A DNA stretch of 64,000 bases, taken from Amphiscolops sp. MND2022. Its lineage: Eukaryota. Each line of letters opens with the position of its first letter. The stretch's first letter is position 1. The stretch lies in contig OZ076409.1 of the NCBI GenBank assembly GCA_964187785.1, positions 10,294,001-10,358,000 of the forward strand, written 5' to 3'. This document shows, piece by piece, positions 12,770-25,044 of this stretch. The notes under the pieces are model-generated. The model was given only the letters and a program-made list of their open reading frames with translations. It was not told the origin of the DNA and ran no database searches. The position numbers and the translations under genes are program-made.

Positions 12770-13314
12770 TGTTTTGGGGGTAGCTCTCAAGCTAATACGA
12801 AGAAACTCAAAGATAGAGTTCAAACTAGATAGATTGAGGGAACTCAAAGATAGAGTTCAGGCTAAAGATTGAGGTCTTGTTCTCAAACAAGAAAACTAAG
12901 ATTGATAACGTTTATTGACGATTCTTATCACGGTAACGGTATGAATATAAATGAGTGAGTTTAGAGACAATAGTGGGGAACTGGCTGTTAGCAGGTTGTT
13001 AACCAGCAAATTAGGCATTTAAAGGCAAAGGGGCAACAAAAAGGTCTCTACTGGTTGTTTACATGTATGTAAAAACAACGTTCACAAAAGTGAGCAATGG
13101 GTGGTAAATATTGTACATGAAATAAGCAATGTAATTGCTGTCAAGCAAAGTGATTGATCAAAATTAAAGGTGAAAGAATAAATAGACAAAGAAACTAAAA
13201 AGAGCACTGTCGCAGATTCGAACTCGCGCAGACCGGTTCGAAGGCAAAGACTGATCCACTGTGCTAAGTGGACTAACAATTACTGCGCGATCATTGTGAT
13301 GTCATGCGCCAACA
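12770..13314 (-). repeat. 5' LTR of the BEL/Pao element (545 bp)
   Basis: On the minus strand it starts TGTTGGCG and ends CCAAAACA, 1 nt before the PBS. Contains the internal direct repeat aactcaaagatagagttca twice. Confidence 0.8.
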
Positions 13315-16300
13315 AGAAGCAATGGAACTGAAAAAATTTTGATTCTTGTCATATAGTTTGAAGGTATAGTCAGCCGGATACATGTACAACGAAGTAAGTT
13401 GAGACTTGAATATGAAGCAATTATGACAGAGAAGTGGTATCAAGTGATCATCTCAACTCGTCGAGATTGAAGGTTTGGAAGGTAATATCGGTGGATATGT
13501 CGGTGAAGAAAGAAATGCAGGGTCTTTCATTATTTCATTTCGTTTTTTTGAAGGTGGAGGTGTTCCATGAGATTGTTTAGATTGTTCATAATTGTGTATT
13601 TTTGGAGATCTTTGTTGTTTTTCTGAAGGAATTTGAGGAGGATTTCGCTCGGTATTTGAATTATTATGTTCTGAAGAGGTTTGATCAGAAATGGCATTGG
13701 AAAAATCTTGTTCCATGGCTTCGGAAAATAGAGCCGGAGAATCGTTAAATAGAGGTTGAGTTAAGAGATCAGTATTTTTAGTTTGTTGTTCAAGTTGAAT
13801 ATAAAGGTTTTGCATAACAAGTTGCGCTTGTGTCATTGTAAGGTTTTTGTTGAAGAAATATTGTTCTAACGAGTAGATTTATTGTGTGTTTTAGGAGGAG
13901 GAGCAAGTACTCTAACTTTGACTGAAGGAGTGTTTGGGCGATTCACTGTGATTTCTATAACGGGTATTAATAGGAGCGGCGGAAAAAGCTCAGATTTTAA
14001 AAAAGATGAATGATCATTCGTTTGAAAAAAGATAGATACTTATTCGAATAGAGAATTTTTCGTCTAGGTGGGGAGAGTGTTTGTAGTCAAGAGAATTTTC
14101 AGGCAAGAGGATTTAGGCTTTATCTCGATGAGTAGAGAGTCAGAATGACACGTTTTATAAAAATGGCAGATTAAAAAAAATTGTTTTAGAATAGATTTTG
14201 TCAAGACTTTCGTTTTCTTCAATGACAGATTGTGAATTTAAAGGATAATCATTGGGATTTGAATTGACATTAGAATAAGAAAGTAAAATAGAATCTTGTA
14301 ATGGAGAAGTATTGACGGTTGTGATAACAATGTTAGTAGATTGATTTAAACAGCTTTTTCGTTTGGGAAATAATTTGAATTTTGTCATATTGGAAAATCT
14401 CTTTGGACTTTTTGTATAGAAAAGTGGTGGTGAAATAATTCTAGAAGGTTTAATAGAGGTTATTGTTGGATCGTCTGAGTTGTCAGACGAGTGGTCTAAT
14501 GGGTTTTCAATTATAGATGACAGTTTATATGAACTTTTATGGGGTGACAATGGTCGTCGAGTATGAAAATCTTTCAGGTCATTTATCATGTCGACAGTAA
14601 TAATATAGAAAAAACAATGTGCTATAGAACTAAGGAAAGTAATATTTTGTTTAAAATTTTTTATCGAAAATGTTTTATAGAGTTTCATGAGGAGTGTCAA
14701 AAAATTGTATGAAAAGGAATGTAGAAAAATATATTCCACATTGTGTCACACATTCCTTTATCTAACTTCGCGTTTTACACCTACATGGTTTTCAGACGTT
14801 TTTATAACATTGTTTGGCTATCATTGTTATATTCTTACGGTAGGAATATAACAAGGATAGCCAAACAATGATATAAAAACGTCCAAAAACCATGTAGGTG
14901 TAAAACGCGGAGTTAGATAAATGAATTTATCGCGCAGTCCAATACGATGTGTACTGTAAGGGTTAGTCTGAGAAATGTGAGAATCTGAATAATCAGGAGT
15001 GTTAGTAGACACAAATGAATAACTAAAGGCTTTTCCAAGTATTTCAAGAGTGGTATCTGAATGTTTTGAGAAAAGTATTCTGTTCGAAAATTGGTCAAGT
15101 TCTGCGTTTGAAGATATGCCAGCATCTTGGGCTGTAAATGTGTTAGGTCGTATTGTAGTTTTGATTTGAGATGTTGAAAACATAAGTGGTGGTTTTCTTT
15201 TGATTGGTTCGGGTCTTTTAGGATCAATTTACATAAGAGTATCCTTGAAAAGGATAGTTATATGATCGAAGCAACAATCAGCTTTATATAATGGTGAGAG
15301 AAAATGTGGGCAGTCATAAAGGCATGCAGTAGAACCTTCTACGTTAAAATTACTTCGATTTCCTGTTAAAAGAAATCCTGCAAGTTGTGGGGTCTGTACT
15401 GACATTGCGAGTATTGTAAGGAGATGCTTTCGTTCTAATTCACATATTGTATGGAGAGTATTCAATTTTTGTCCTGTCATAGAGCGAAACACATGGTTAT
15501 TTGTATAAACAGTTTTTGTATTGACATGACCTTCATAGTCTTAGAACCGTTGATTTGACCTTCAAAGTTGTTAGAAACGTTTAGTGCTGGAGATATAAAA
15601 CTGTTTTTATGAGGATCTAGAACTAGTTTTCCTGAGATGTATTCGTTTATAACTGGATGAGGATTTGGTAGTCCTGTATGCATATTGAAACCATTGGTAT
15701 ATGTAACAAAGAGGTCGGAATATTGTGTTGTAAAAAGAGGTTTTGGTTTACCACAGAAAGTTTGAGCATGTGGAAATATTTCAAAACGTGAAAGACTGGG
15801 GTTATGTGGGTTTTGTGAATGTCGAGCTTGGACATATGGAAAAATGAGTTCTTTAATGCCTTGTGTCGTATCAGTTTTATTTGGTTTTGAGGAGTGTACA
15901 AAAGAATCAGTTTCAATCCAATATCTGTCTTCAATTTTTGTCATTCGACCAACAAAGTCTTGTAATGTTAAAATGAGACGAAAGTCATCACGGAACCAAA
16001 CGAGAGTATAGGGGGTTTTAGTGGTTGGTTTACAAACACCACCAACGGAGTAACATGGTAAGGTGTGACCATCAATGATCATAACATTTTCTGTGTCATC
16101 ATATGTAATATCTACTTCGGAAATTTGGAGTCTCCAACAAACGTGACTGACTTCGAATTGATGATGTGCTGGGCAATTTTGAAGAGGATTTCTAATAGAA
16201 TCATAATGCCAATTTTTATCGGCGTGCATGAATGTAAATGTACCAGTATACATTGTGTTCATTTTATAAACAGTAAAAGGGGTTTGAAATCGTTCTAATT

Positions 16301-16655
16301 GTTCTTGAAAGTAATGATCTTCTAGAAGTGAAATAGTTTTGTTGTAATTGAGATTGTTCAATATTTTGTTATTAGTACCATTGAGATGTCGAAAAAGATT
16401 TTTGCATTCTAAAGGGACAAGTGTAAGAGGGAGTGGCATTGTATTATGATTCGTTTTGCTTTGGCGCGTACGAAGACTCTAGCATTAACAGTTGTATGTT
16501 GTATGTTAGAAGTAGCTTCAATGCATTGTTTAACATTCAATAAATTAAACTGGCGAAGGTTGTGTTGTTTTTCACAACCATAGTGAGAAACCATAAGATT
16601 TGTAAAATTTGGGCCATCAGATGGAAGATATCTATCTGTATCAGTTAGTTAAATA
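13315..16655 (-). mobile_element. Fragment of a second env-bearing element (element B): env plus downstream accessory ORF remnants
   Basis: Collinear protein similarity to the env of element A (CEKQHNLRQF, RAKAKR, ICELERKHLLTILAMSV, PNTFTAQDAGI, FGYPCYI). Mirror-image base skew. A Q/P/S-rich ORF lies at 13453-13836. Confidence 0.85.
14155..16655 (-). pseudogene. env: Env-like class III glycoprotein, paralog of 7335-9675, with deletions and a fold-back insertion
   Basis: ORFs 16409-16594, 15477-16439, 15229-15492, 14827-15183 and 14155-14739 tile the same protein as the element A env. Confidence 0.75.
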
Positions 16656-16701
16656 GACATTGTATGAGAACTATACTTATTTAAAGTATACTTATTTAAA
16701 T

Positions 16702-16908
16702 TACACTGAAGATCACGTATTCTGGAAGTCAGTGACAGGAGAAATAATGGGAGAAGAGCTTTTGTTTTGGCTCAGTGGCCGGCCTGATAATTATAAAGAA
16801 AATCAATATCACGTTGTTGTGGCTCCACCATTGCCAGGAACATCCAGCTTTGGATTGGGTGACTATACTAAAACCGGCAGAAGGAGATGTCTTTGTGATA
16901 TGCTGTGA
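16702..16908 (+). pseudogene. C-terminal half of a C-type lectin domain gene
   Basis: YTEDHVFWKSVTGEIMGEELLFW..G.PDNY..NQYHV..GLGD..RRCLCDML aligns with the last ~68 aa of the 45378-46325 protein. Confidence 0.85.
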
Positions 16909-17026
16909 GTCACTGATATCATAAATCTGCTCTATTATTAATTCAGTATGAATGGTAATGCAACAAGTTACCTAATTTTCATTTATCTTCTTTAAAAATT
17001 CGTTTGCATCCATGTTACATGCAAAC

Positions 17027-17509
17027 AAAACTAGAACGTCTAAAGTTGGCGCTATATCTTAGGCTCAAAAAGCGCAAAACATTTTTTTCTGAGAAAAAAC
17101 TTGAAATTTTTGACATTTCTCCTTTCGGAAAATGTGCCATAGTGCCGAAAAATGTAAACGGGGGACCCTTTGGGATTTAATAACAAACATGCAGCTGCAA
17201 ATTATCAAAAAAACTCAAAGGAGGGACATTTAAAGAAATTCAAAAAAAAGTCGCACAGTGCCGAAAAAAATCTAAAGGGGGGATCTTTTAGTCTCGTCCG
17301 GTTTTGTAGGTTACCTTAAAAAAGTAAAAAATGAAAGGGGGACCCTTTGCACTAAGTTTGCACTGGCCCGATTTGGCCTTAGGGTGTTTCAGGAGTTTCT
17401 CTGAAAATTCTAAAAAGTTGACCGATCAGTGTGAGGTCTGTTGTCTGAACAAAAGGTCACTGTAAGAGTCGGGCATTTTTTCTTGAAAGGAAAAAGCGCC
17501 GACTAAAAA
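17027..17509. mobile_element. Non-autonomous element with sub-terminal inverted repeats (Helentron/HINE-like)
   Basis: agttggcgc near the left end and gcgccgact near the right end, followed by an A run; a small hairpin outside the left repeat; internal repeats of agtgccgaaaaa..ggggg. Same family as 48199-48823. Confidence 0.55.
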
Positions 17510-18659
17510 GACAATGCAACACACAAAACATGCAAAAACGATGTAGACTAAGATGCTAAAGAGTAATCAAATAATATAAGCTATCAAAGCGATCGCGCAA
17601 ATACAACTAAATGCTCGGGTCCAACTGTTCATAAAACTTTGGATTACAGAATTTGTAATGATATGAAATTTGTAAAAATGAATTTCCTCTGACAATACAT
17701 GGAAAAATGGAAATTCACTTCCACTCAGTGTGCATGAAAGAATTTGTTTCAACTGGTCTTTTTCTTGTACTGAAATAAACTTTTTTCAAGAACTGGAGCT
17801 TTTCTTCATTACCGTCATCAAAGTGATGAGCGTTGACATCGTTGAAACTTGGCTCCGTAACCGAGGACTGTGGCATCAAACGTCTGACAAGAGTTTTGTC
17901 TTGAAATTTTCACCTTTTTCATCAACGATTTAGTCAGCTAATCTGCACCCTCTAGTATAGAACAGTACTATAGTTCAGAACCATGGACTGTTTTTTATAC
18001 AAATTCGAAGTTGATTGGCCTCATTCGAGTCCTAATTTAGAAAAATGTCGTTACTATATTATTTGGGGGCGGAAAAAATCCCACGACCAGCAGGTGTTAT
18101 GTTCAAACTCCTGAAGTAGACATTTCCCAAAGCGACTGACTTGAGAGAATATTTTGATACCAAGTTTTGTTTTCGAAGTTGACTCTGGTTTTATGCGTGG
18201 AACAATACAGAGTGGATACTTTTTCAAGAAAACAAGAAAAAAAGTTTCTTTGACGATTCCAATTGCATTCATTCTGTCAGTCTTGCTAAAGTAAAGAGTG
18301 AAGAAGCTTCCAAAAATTGAGGTACAAATAAACGAGTTGATGAACAATGAGACCCGTGGTTTGATGGGCAATAAAACGTTGCACAAATCCGCCGACTGAT
18401 AATTGACCTATGGTGAGCAAAATGCAGTGTCACTAGTGAAAAAGTTGTTCAATGTCTTAGGTTTGCTGGTTAAAAAAAACAAGGGATACCGGAAAAGGTC
18501 TACAAAAACGTGGAAAACACGAGTTCTTCATTAACTTGGACGGAGCGAAGGCCCGAAAAATCTTTTTGATAAAAAATGAACATTTTTTTCTTGAGTTTTC
18601 AAATGCACTGGAAACCACAAAGGGAAAAAAACTTCACCCAGAGGAGGGATTGAAAATAG

Positions 18660-18974
18660 ATGTAGGTGCTACAAAGATCTTTTCGGTTTCAGAGTAAGAG
18701 TTCCCTAGGCCTTGTAAGTTAGACGGTTTGTTGACAGAGGGAGCTATGAGTTTAGCATTTCTCTCTGGTTTTCAGCTAAGATTTTAGAGAGATCGGACAT
18801 GATCTTTTTCCCCAAAGACGTTCTCATCTCGTCGAGGTTCTCCGAAAGCACTCTAGGAGAATTACTCGGGCCTGCTATGAGGGTTTCGGATTAATGTTTT
18901 CCAACTATTGGAGTTTCAAGTTCAGCTGAGACTAGCTCTTCTACAGCTTTCCTTTTCTGACTTCTGGCTGTCAT
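18660..18974 (-). pseudogene. Degenerate ORF remnant, possibly a retroelement gag N-terminus
   Basis: Reads MTARSQKRKAVEELVSAELETP..IMSDLSKILAENQREML with stops; coiled-coil-like. The assignment is tentative. Confidence 0.3.
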
Positions 18975-21065
18975 TTTAGAAGAGAAATCAAGAGAAATCT
19001 TGGGGAAGAATGAACTCTTCAAACAAAACGTTTATCGTCGTTTAAACGTTTAAGCAACGGAAGGGTAAAAACTGACTACAAATACATACATGAATATGTC
19101 TTTCCAGCATCATTTGATCCTCACCTTAAAATTCCTAGGAATGCGAAAAACCGGGATTGTTCACAAACATCCTAGTGATTCTTATCATTCATATCATAAA
19201 ATCAGGTATCAAAATTCCTAGCTGCGTCACTTATCCGTCACATTTGTTGGAATTATTTTAGCGTTAGGCAAAAGCATTTCCTGTTTTTACTTCAAAACGG
19301 CGGCAAAAGAAAGTTTGCTCAAGATTTTCATCGATGAAAGAACGTTGGTGTGAGTCCGAGTCAACCTTCAAACTAGCAATTTGGGAAGATCCCAACAAAC
19401 GTTTGACTAGCAAAAGTGACAACGTAACTAGAACTGAATGAATGATTGTCCGGAGGTGAAAATACTAGAGCGCTAATGAGACGGAACAAATGATACCGGA
19501 GCTATTTATTCTCACGATTACTGGTATAAATAATAATCGACGTAAATACATACAATCTACAACAACCTTAAAGTATTCAAACATACATCACGACCATATA
19601 TATCAAAAGTTTCAATTGCAAAATACGTAACCACTGGTATTACGGTGACTTTGCGGTCAACTGGACTCATGCTTTGAAAATAACAATCAGAAAATAAATT
19701 GGTTGTACAGGCATAACACCACTTCAACTGGCTCATAGTATTTGCATTTTTATTGATTTATGAAAAGCGCCAATCCCCGGTTTGATTCAGAAAAAGGAAC
19801 AAACATTCATTCATAACAGATCGCTTCATAATAATTGACGTCATCGTTACGTTGCATTTTTAATCATCCTCTAAATCAGGTTGATTATCACGTTGAGACA
19901 TTCGTTTATAGTTAGGAAGAGAATGTATCGAGCCACGTAAGGGTAACAAACTCTCACAAATGGTTGAAACACTTGAATTGGAAAAAAAAGATATTTAAGC
20001 TCCCATGTATTAGTTTTTTAGAAATGAAAATTAGTTTCACAATTTATCTTACTCCGAAGCGTTTGTTAATCAGAATCTTACCTGAAAACCCATACATTAT
20101 ACTGTTCCGCGTGAGAGTTTCCTTCCAAATTATGTTTAAGTCCTTATTGTCATAGCTACAACTTTACAATCGCTCTGTAACATCTCCGTGTGTATTAGGA
20201 TTAGCTATAGCTGACCAACGGTCAACGGAGGGATTGCGACGACGAACGGAGTGCGTTCTCAATCTCTACCTAATGAGGTCACAAAAATAATTCTTTTTGA
20301 CCTGAGCGCAAATGCTTCACTCAGAAAGCAACGCGATTGGTCCCCTAAGCTAGCTATATAGAATATCCATCCTACCGTATGACGTGAGCATTACGTTGTG
20401 ATTTGTTGTTTAAATTACCTAACTGTAATTTAGGTATGTTTTGACAACTACTTCAAGCTGAAAACAACCTGTTGTAGTATTTGTGTGTTCGATTGTTTTT
20501 TAAATTGTATGAATTTCATTGAGTTTGCGGATTTGAAAATTGTCTTTCATTTCAGGGTGGAAGATAACTAATTCCTTTCTTGACTTCTTTGTTTCTATTT
20601 TGATATTTAGGTTGACTTTGATATTATCTCAAAAGTAAAAACCGGAAGTGGAAAAATCATCACATGTGAACAGTCTGACCGGAAATTCACTAAACTGTTT
20701 CATTGAACTATATTACTTCGCGTCGACCTTCCGTCAACAAATTGGAAAAACTTTTTATCAACCCATTTCAGCTGCGTTGTAAGTCAAACTTCACCAACTC
20801 AGTAGGTTTTAATTTTTCTATGCCTAAGCCCTGTATTTTTTTTGTTTAGTCCGTGCTGGCTATACGTGCACCATCCGAGAGCGGGCTGCGACAGTTAGCT
20901 TCCTGCTAGCTATACTTCAGTCGAAAGTATAGCTTTTAAATCAAAACGAAAAGAATTATGAACGAATATTGATTGAAACGCAAAATTTTTGAAGTAAAAT
21001 TTTAAAAAATAGCATTTAAATTACATTGAATCAAAACTTGTTATGGAAATTAAAGAAAACGGTTT

Positions 21066-21128
21066 ATGCCGAGAATCGAACGTGTAAACTGCTGCTCAGA
21101 AATCGCACGTTTTGACCACTCGGCTATC
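21066..21128 (-). mobile_element. tRNA-derived sequence (SINE head or pseudo-tRNA)
   Basis: A box TAGCCGAGTGG and B box GTTCGATTC at tRNA-like spacing; stems are degenerate. Confidence 0.5.
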
Positions 21129-22111
21129 TTGCCTTGAAGTCAAGATAGTGTTACGAACTATGATATGCCTGGAACCTCGTCCATAAATCACGTCGCAATG
21201 GAAATCACAAGGTTGAACAGGAACATAATATTTTGAAACAGCTGTTTAACCCAAATATAATCCCACTAAAAACAATCAAACATATCTGACATGAAATTTG
21301 CTACAACCAGCAAATAGCAACGTTTAGAAGCTGAAATAATTCCGACTATATTATTGAAAATAGTTGGAAGAACACATGAAATGGTCACATTGACCAACCT
21401 GACGGCAAAAAACAGTGAAAGGCGCCGACTGAGAAATACAACTTGACAGTTTCAGAAATGGTTTGCATGTACGTTTCCAACTTTCATCCAATGATCAACT
21501 CTCTACGAAGCGGTCTAAAAACTGTTGCTATAGTTTCCGTTGATCAGAAGGGGAAAATAGAAACATGTTTGTTCAAAAACCGATGTTTGATTCACTTAAT
21601 TGGGATAAAACTGTTGTAGCAAAAACTTAAATCAGATTTCCCCCTCCTCTTGCAGCTGCGACATCACACTCAGATGTCATCTACAAGTATTCTCAAATTG
21701 TTGCTTGAATGACCATTAAATTCCTTTTTTTTTTAAAAAAAAAATAACCATACAAAATAGAGAAGTGACGTTTCTGTTAACTTCAGTTTCTTTAACACCT
21801 GTCATGATTTCACAAACTCCCACTCGGCTTCAAGTTGCATCAACGACATGAAGACATCAACTGCTTGAAGTCTTCTGTCATTTTCAGCAGAAACAACGAA
21901 ATTTCTTCGAACACTTTGTTCCTTGTTTTTTTTTCAAGAGACAAAAGGTTTTTGCTTCTGCAGATGTCCCTACCTCAATTCTTTGTTTTCAATACTCACC
22001 ACAAAGGCAAACCTTACACTCAGTTCAATAATTTATCATAATTCTACAGTCGGCATCAGAAAAGGTCCACTAAATGAACAAAACCAGACTGCTTCTTAAT
22101 TGAAAAGAGTT

Positions 22112-22824
22112 ATGTTTGAGATTATCAGTGTTTATGTAACATTAACACTGGTTGTAAAAACAACGAATGGCAATCCGAGCATATTTCGTTCCACGGCATT
22201 TGAAAACCCAATCAATGAGAAACGTTTGGACGCAGGAAAAGTTATTGAAACACGACGAGAAGCATCGCGTACAAAATGCGCTCTAGCTTGTTCTAAAAAC
22301 GATGACTGCCTTTCTTTCGGCTTTGTGGAGAAACTTCTTGCGAATTGTACAATGAAGACATTTTTTCAACGGAGCATGGAGAGAACATTCTAGAAGAAGA
22401 TGCAAACTGCAAATATTTTGGAATGAAGAAGAAATCGAAACCAATATGCCAGCAAGATGGCGTGTTTGCAGACATACAGAGTGACGATGGGAACAGTACC
22501 GATTGTCTCATAGGTGGAAAGCGAGTTGACAGAGAGTGGGGCCAATGGGGAGGGAATGAAATAGTAGACGACCCTCCTGATTGGAAGTTAGTAAACAGGA
22601 GAGAGATTGTTATTGAAGCAGCCCATGAAGGAATTCTTGACTTGGGAGGTTCTGAGCGAGTTTTAGAATGGATCAAGTTTGTGGATCAAGAGATGACATG
22701 GGAAGATGCAAAAGCAAATTGCGAAACTTTAGGTGGAACTTTGTTCTCCAGAGTAGATGGAACTGAGGAGCAATTAGATATCTTGCTAGAGAAAATGAAT
22801 GGAAACGTACATTGGTTGGGGTGA
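22112..22824 (+). pseudogene. PAN/apple + C-type lectin gene; frameshifted and truncated after HWLG
   Basis: Signal peptide, CALACSKNDDCLSFG (PAN), frameshift near 22340, then CKYFGM..PICQQDGVFADIQ, VDREWGQWG, MTWEDAKANCETLGG..HWLG*. Paralog of 45378-46325. Confidence 0.85.
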
Positions 22825-23643
22825 TGCCTGGAGGAACTGGCCAAGGTGTGAAAACTGTAAAAATTAGAGAAAAACTGATCAATACTAATAAAAACAAATG
22901 CTCAGTTTCTCAATATGTTCAGTACCCATTGTTTCGATTGTTTCGGAAGAAATCCATGTTTTGATTTCATTCTCGCTTTTATAATCACTCTTTTAAAATC
23001 TTTCCGTAAACTATTAATTGGCAAAATACGAACACTCGATCGTTTTCAGTCATCTTAGTTCCTAGGGAGTTAAAGAAATAACAACGGACGATGTTACGTT
23101 AAATTTAAAAAGTTTATATATTTTCAGGACGTTTCAGGATGACTGAAGAAAACATTTGCCATTGTAAGAGTCTTGGATTTTACTAAGAAGCGCCGACCAG
23201 TAACACTAACCATGGAAAAACTACTTGATCGGACATTAAAAGTACGCGAAAAGAAATGTTCAAAGAGTACAGGAGAAAAACATCACATGCTCTATTGGCC
23301 CAACTGAACTTGGCAAAGTTAAAATTTAACACACCTCTTCATTTTTCTGATTTTAAAAAAAACGAATGCTGCTAAAATATGAAATTTCCCCTTCAAGTGA
23401 TACGCTGGATTTCTTTAACTTGTGAACTGTCTGAAGACAAAACATTGAAATGGCTTCTGTCACATTTTTTTTTCAAAAATTATTCATCAAAATTAATGAA
23501 AATCACAACTTCTCATGCTGTCATTTCAATTTTTTAATTTGGGTCCGTTTTGAGTTTCTCTCAACTCACCAGCATTCAGTTTCACTAGTATTAATTATAT
23601 CGCAGAGCAAAAGTTATGTTGAATTGGTTACTTTGGTTACATA

Positions 23644-24052
23644 ACATTTCGTCCTATACACTTTTAACCTATGCAATTTCAACCGCTGCCATTTCAACCG
23701 TTTACAACTTTAACCTATTGCATTTTCAACCGTCCGTAATTTCGACCTAAACTAAAATTGGCTAATCGATCCTATTAGTTATATAATTATTTGAGGTGGT
23801 TTTCATTTTGATTTATTTCTAAACTTAAATGTGCTAATTTTTACACCAGTTTTGTTACTTTTTGGCTTCTTCATGAATAATTACCACAAATTAAGGCTTT
23901 TTGACTCAATACTAACTTTTATAATGAAACAATAGCTCAACTGAAATAAAACGAAATAGCCAAAATTAGTTTAGGTCGAAATTGCGGACGGTTGAAAATG
24001 CAATATTGGAAAATGCAAAAGCGGACGGTTGAAAGTGTATAGAACGAAATGT
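23644..24052. mobile_element. MITE/fold-back element with long, internally repetitive TIRs
   Basis: acatttcgtcctatacacttt..tttcaaccgtccgtaatttcgacctaaactaa on the left is mirrored by ttagtttaggtcgaaattgcggacggttgaaa..aaagtgtatagaacgaaatgt on the right. Confidence 0.75.
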
Positions 24053-24297
24053 CCCTGTCCTGACACCGAATGTTTGATGAACGATAGGTGGCCCAGGAAC
24101 GTGCCTGAGAAAGTCTTGTGCCAAATGCTGACCCAAATTTGGCACCCAGAGTTGTCCACCTAAATGTATTTCACCACCAATTTCGTGGTCTTTCGAAGCT
24201 GGAACCCGAAGAGTTGATTATATGGTTAGATACGAGCCCAATTAAACAATGCCATTTGCACAGCGCGAAAATTTCTGCACGAACTACTTCATTTACG

Positions 24298-24734
24298 GAG
24301 GTATGCGAAAAACTCGTCGAAAACAACTAGTCGAAATTAAAGGGCGGAAAACTGGTCGAAAATTAACTCGTCGAATAATAATTGAGTTCAAACTCGTCGA
24401 AGAATTATAGATTACACACAGGGATTGTCCAGTGCTAATTATGGACTCATTTTTGTTGATTGATACGTGGAATTTTCAGTTTTACGCATAATATAGCTTT
24501 TTGGTTACATAATTGCTTGAACTGTTTCACTTTTATAGTTTACAGTGCAGTACTTCATAATAATTTAGAGGTTCATAACACGGTATGATCACAAAGTTAT
24601 GACTATATTTGCCTGAGATTATTATCTGTTCTTGCGACGAGTTTTCCGTTTTAGAGTTTCAGCGAGTTGCTTTTCGACGAGTTGTTTTCGACGAGTTGTT
24701 TTCGACGAGTTGTTTTCGACGAGTTTTCCTAGAT
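24298..24734. mobile_element. MITE with 15-bp sub-repeat TIRs and a 9-10 bp target site duplication (Mutator-like)
   Basis: aactcgtcgaaaac repeats on the left and ttttcgacgagttgt repeats on the right; flanked by (t)tcatttacg at 24288-24297 and 24734-24743. Confidence 0.75.
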
Positions 24735-25044
24735 TCATTTACGAATACTTTATTGCTGGAGCGGTAAAGGTTCTGCAGATTTTATTCCTTTTTTAAAAGA
24801 GAAAAAACTCCAAATTTCGTTTTACGATAGTATGCTGAGCAGCAAACATGTTTGTTATTGAAATGTAACCTCTGCAAAAACGTGACCCAATTGTATGAAT
24901 GAGAATTGTACTCAACGAGAACAAAGACGATGCACATTTAAATCCCACGTACTCTCAGCCACTTCTGTCAGAGTCTTCATATCATCACTGAAGGGCCTTT
25001 CTGAAGAGCATCACAAGAAAGCCAGCAATTCAAAACAACAATTG

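Larger units (their letters stand above)
10432..13314 (-). mobile_element. BEL/Pao LTR retrotransposon, 5' half only (LTR, PBS, gag-pro, start of RT)
   Basis: Typical BEL gag (LPKLTLPSFSG..W..FWDQF; three Cys/His knuckles), RALLDSSSQ protease, and YYLPHH / RVVFDAS / SADVAKMYRQV RT motifs. The sequence stops within RT. Confidence 0.93.

Noticed and set aside
17940..18420. Possible decayed coding sequence
   Set aside because: No frame on either strand gives a motif I can recognise.
22822..22830. Intron donor after HWLG that would make the lectin halves exons
   Set aside because: gtgatg is a weak donor, the C-half lies upstream with no AG acceptor, and the intact paralog is intronless.
24660..24725. 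Regular 15-bp repeats (ttttcgacgagttgt) as a possible CRISPR array
   Set aside because: They are head-to-tail with no unique spacers and form one TIR of a MITE; the context is eukaryotic with no cas genes.
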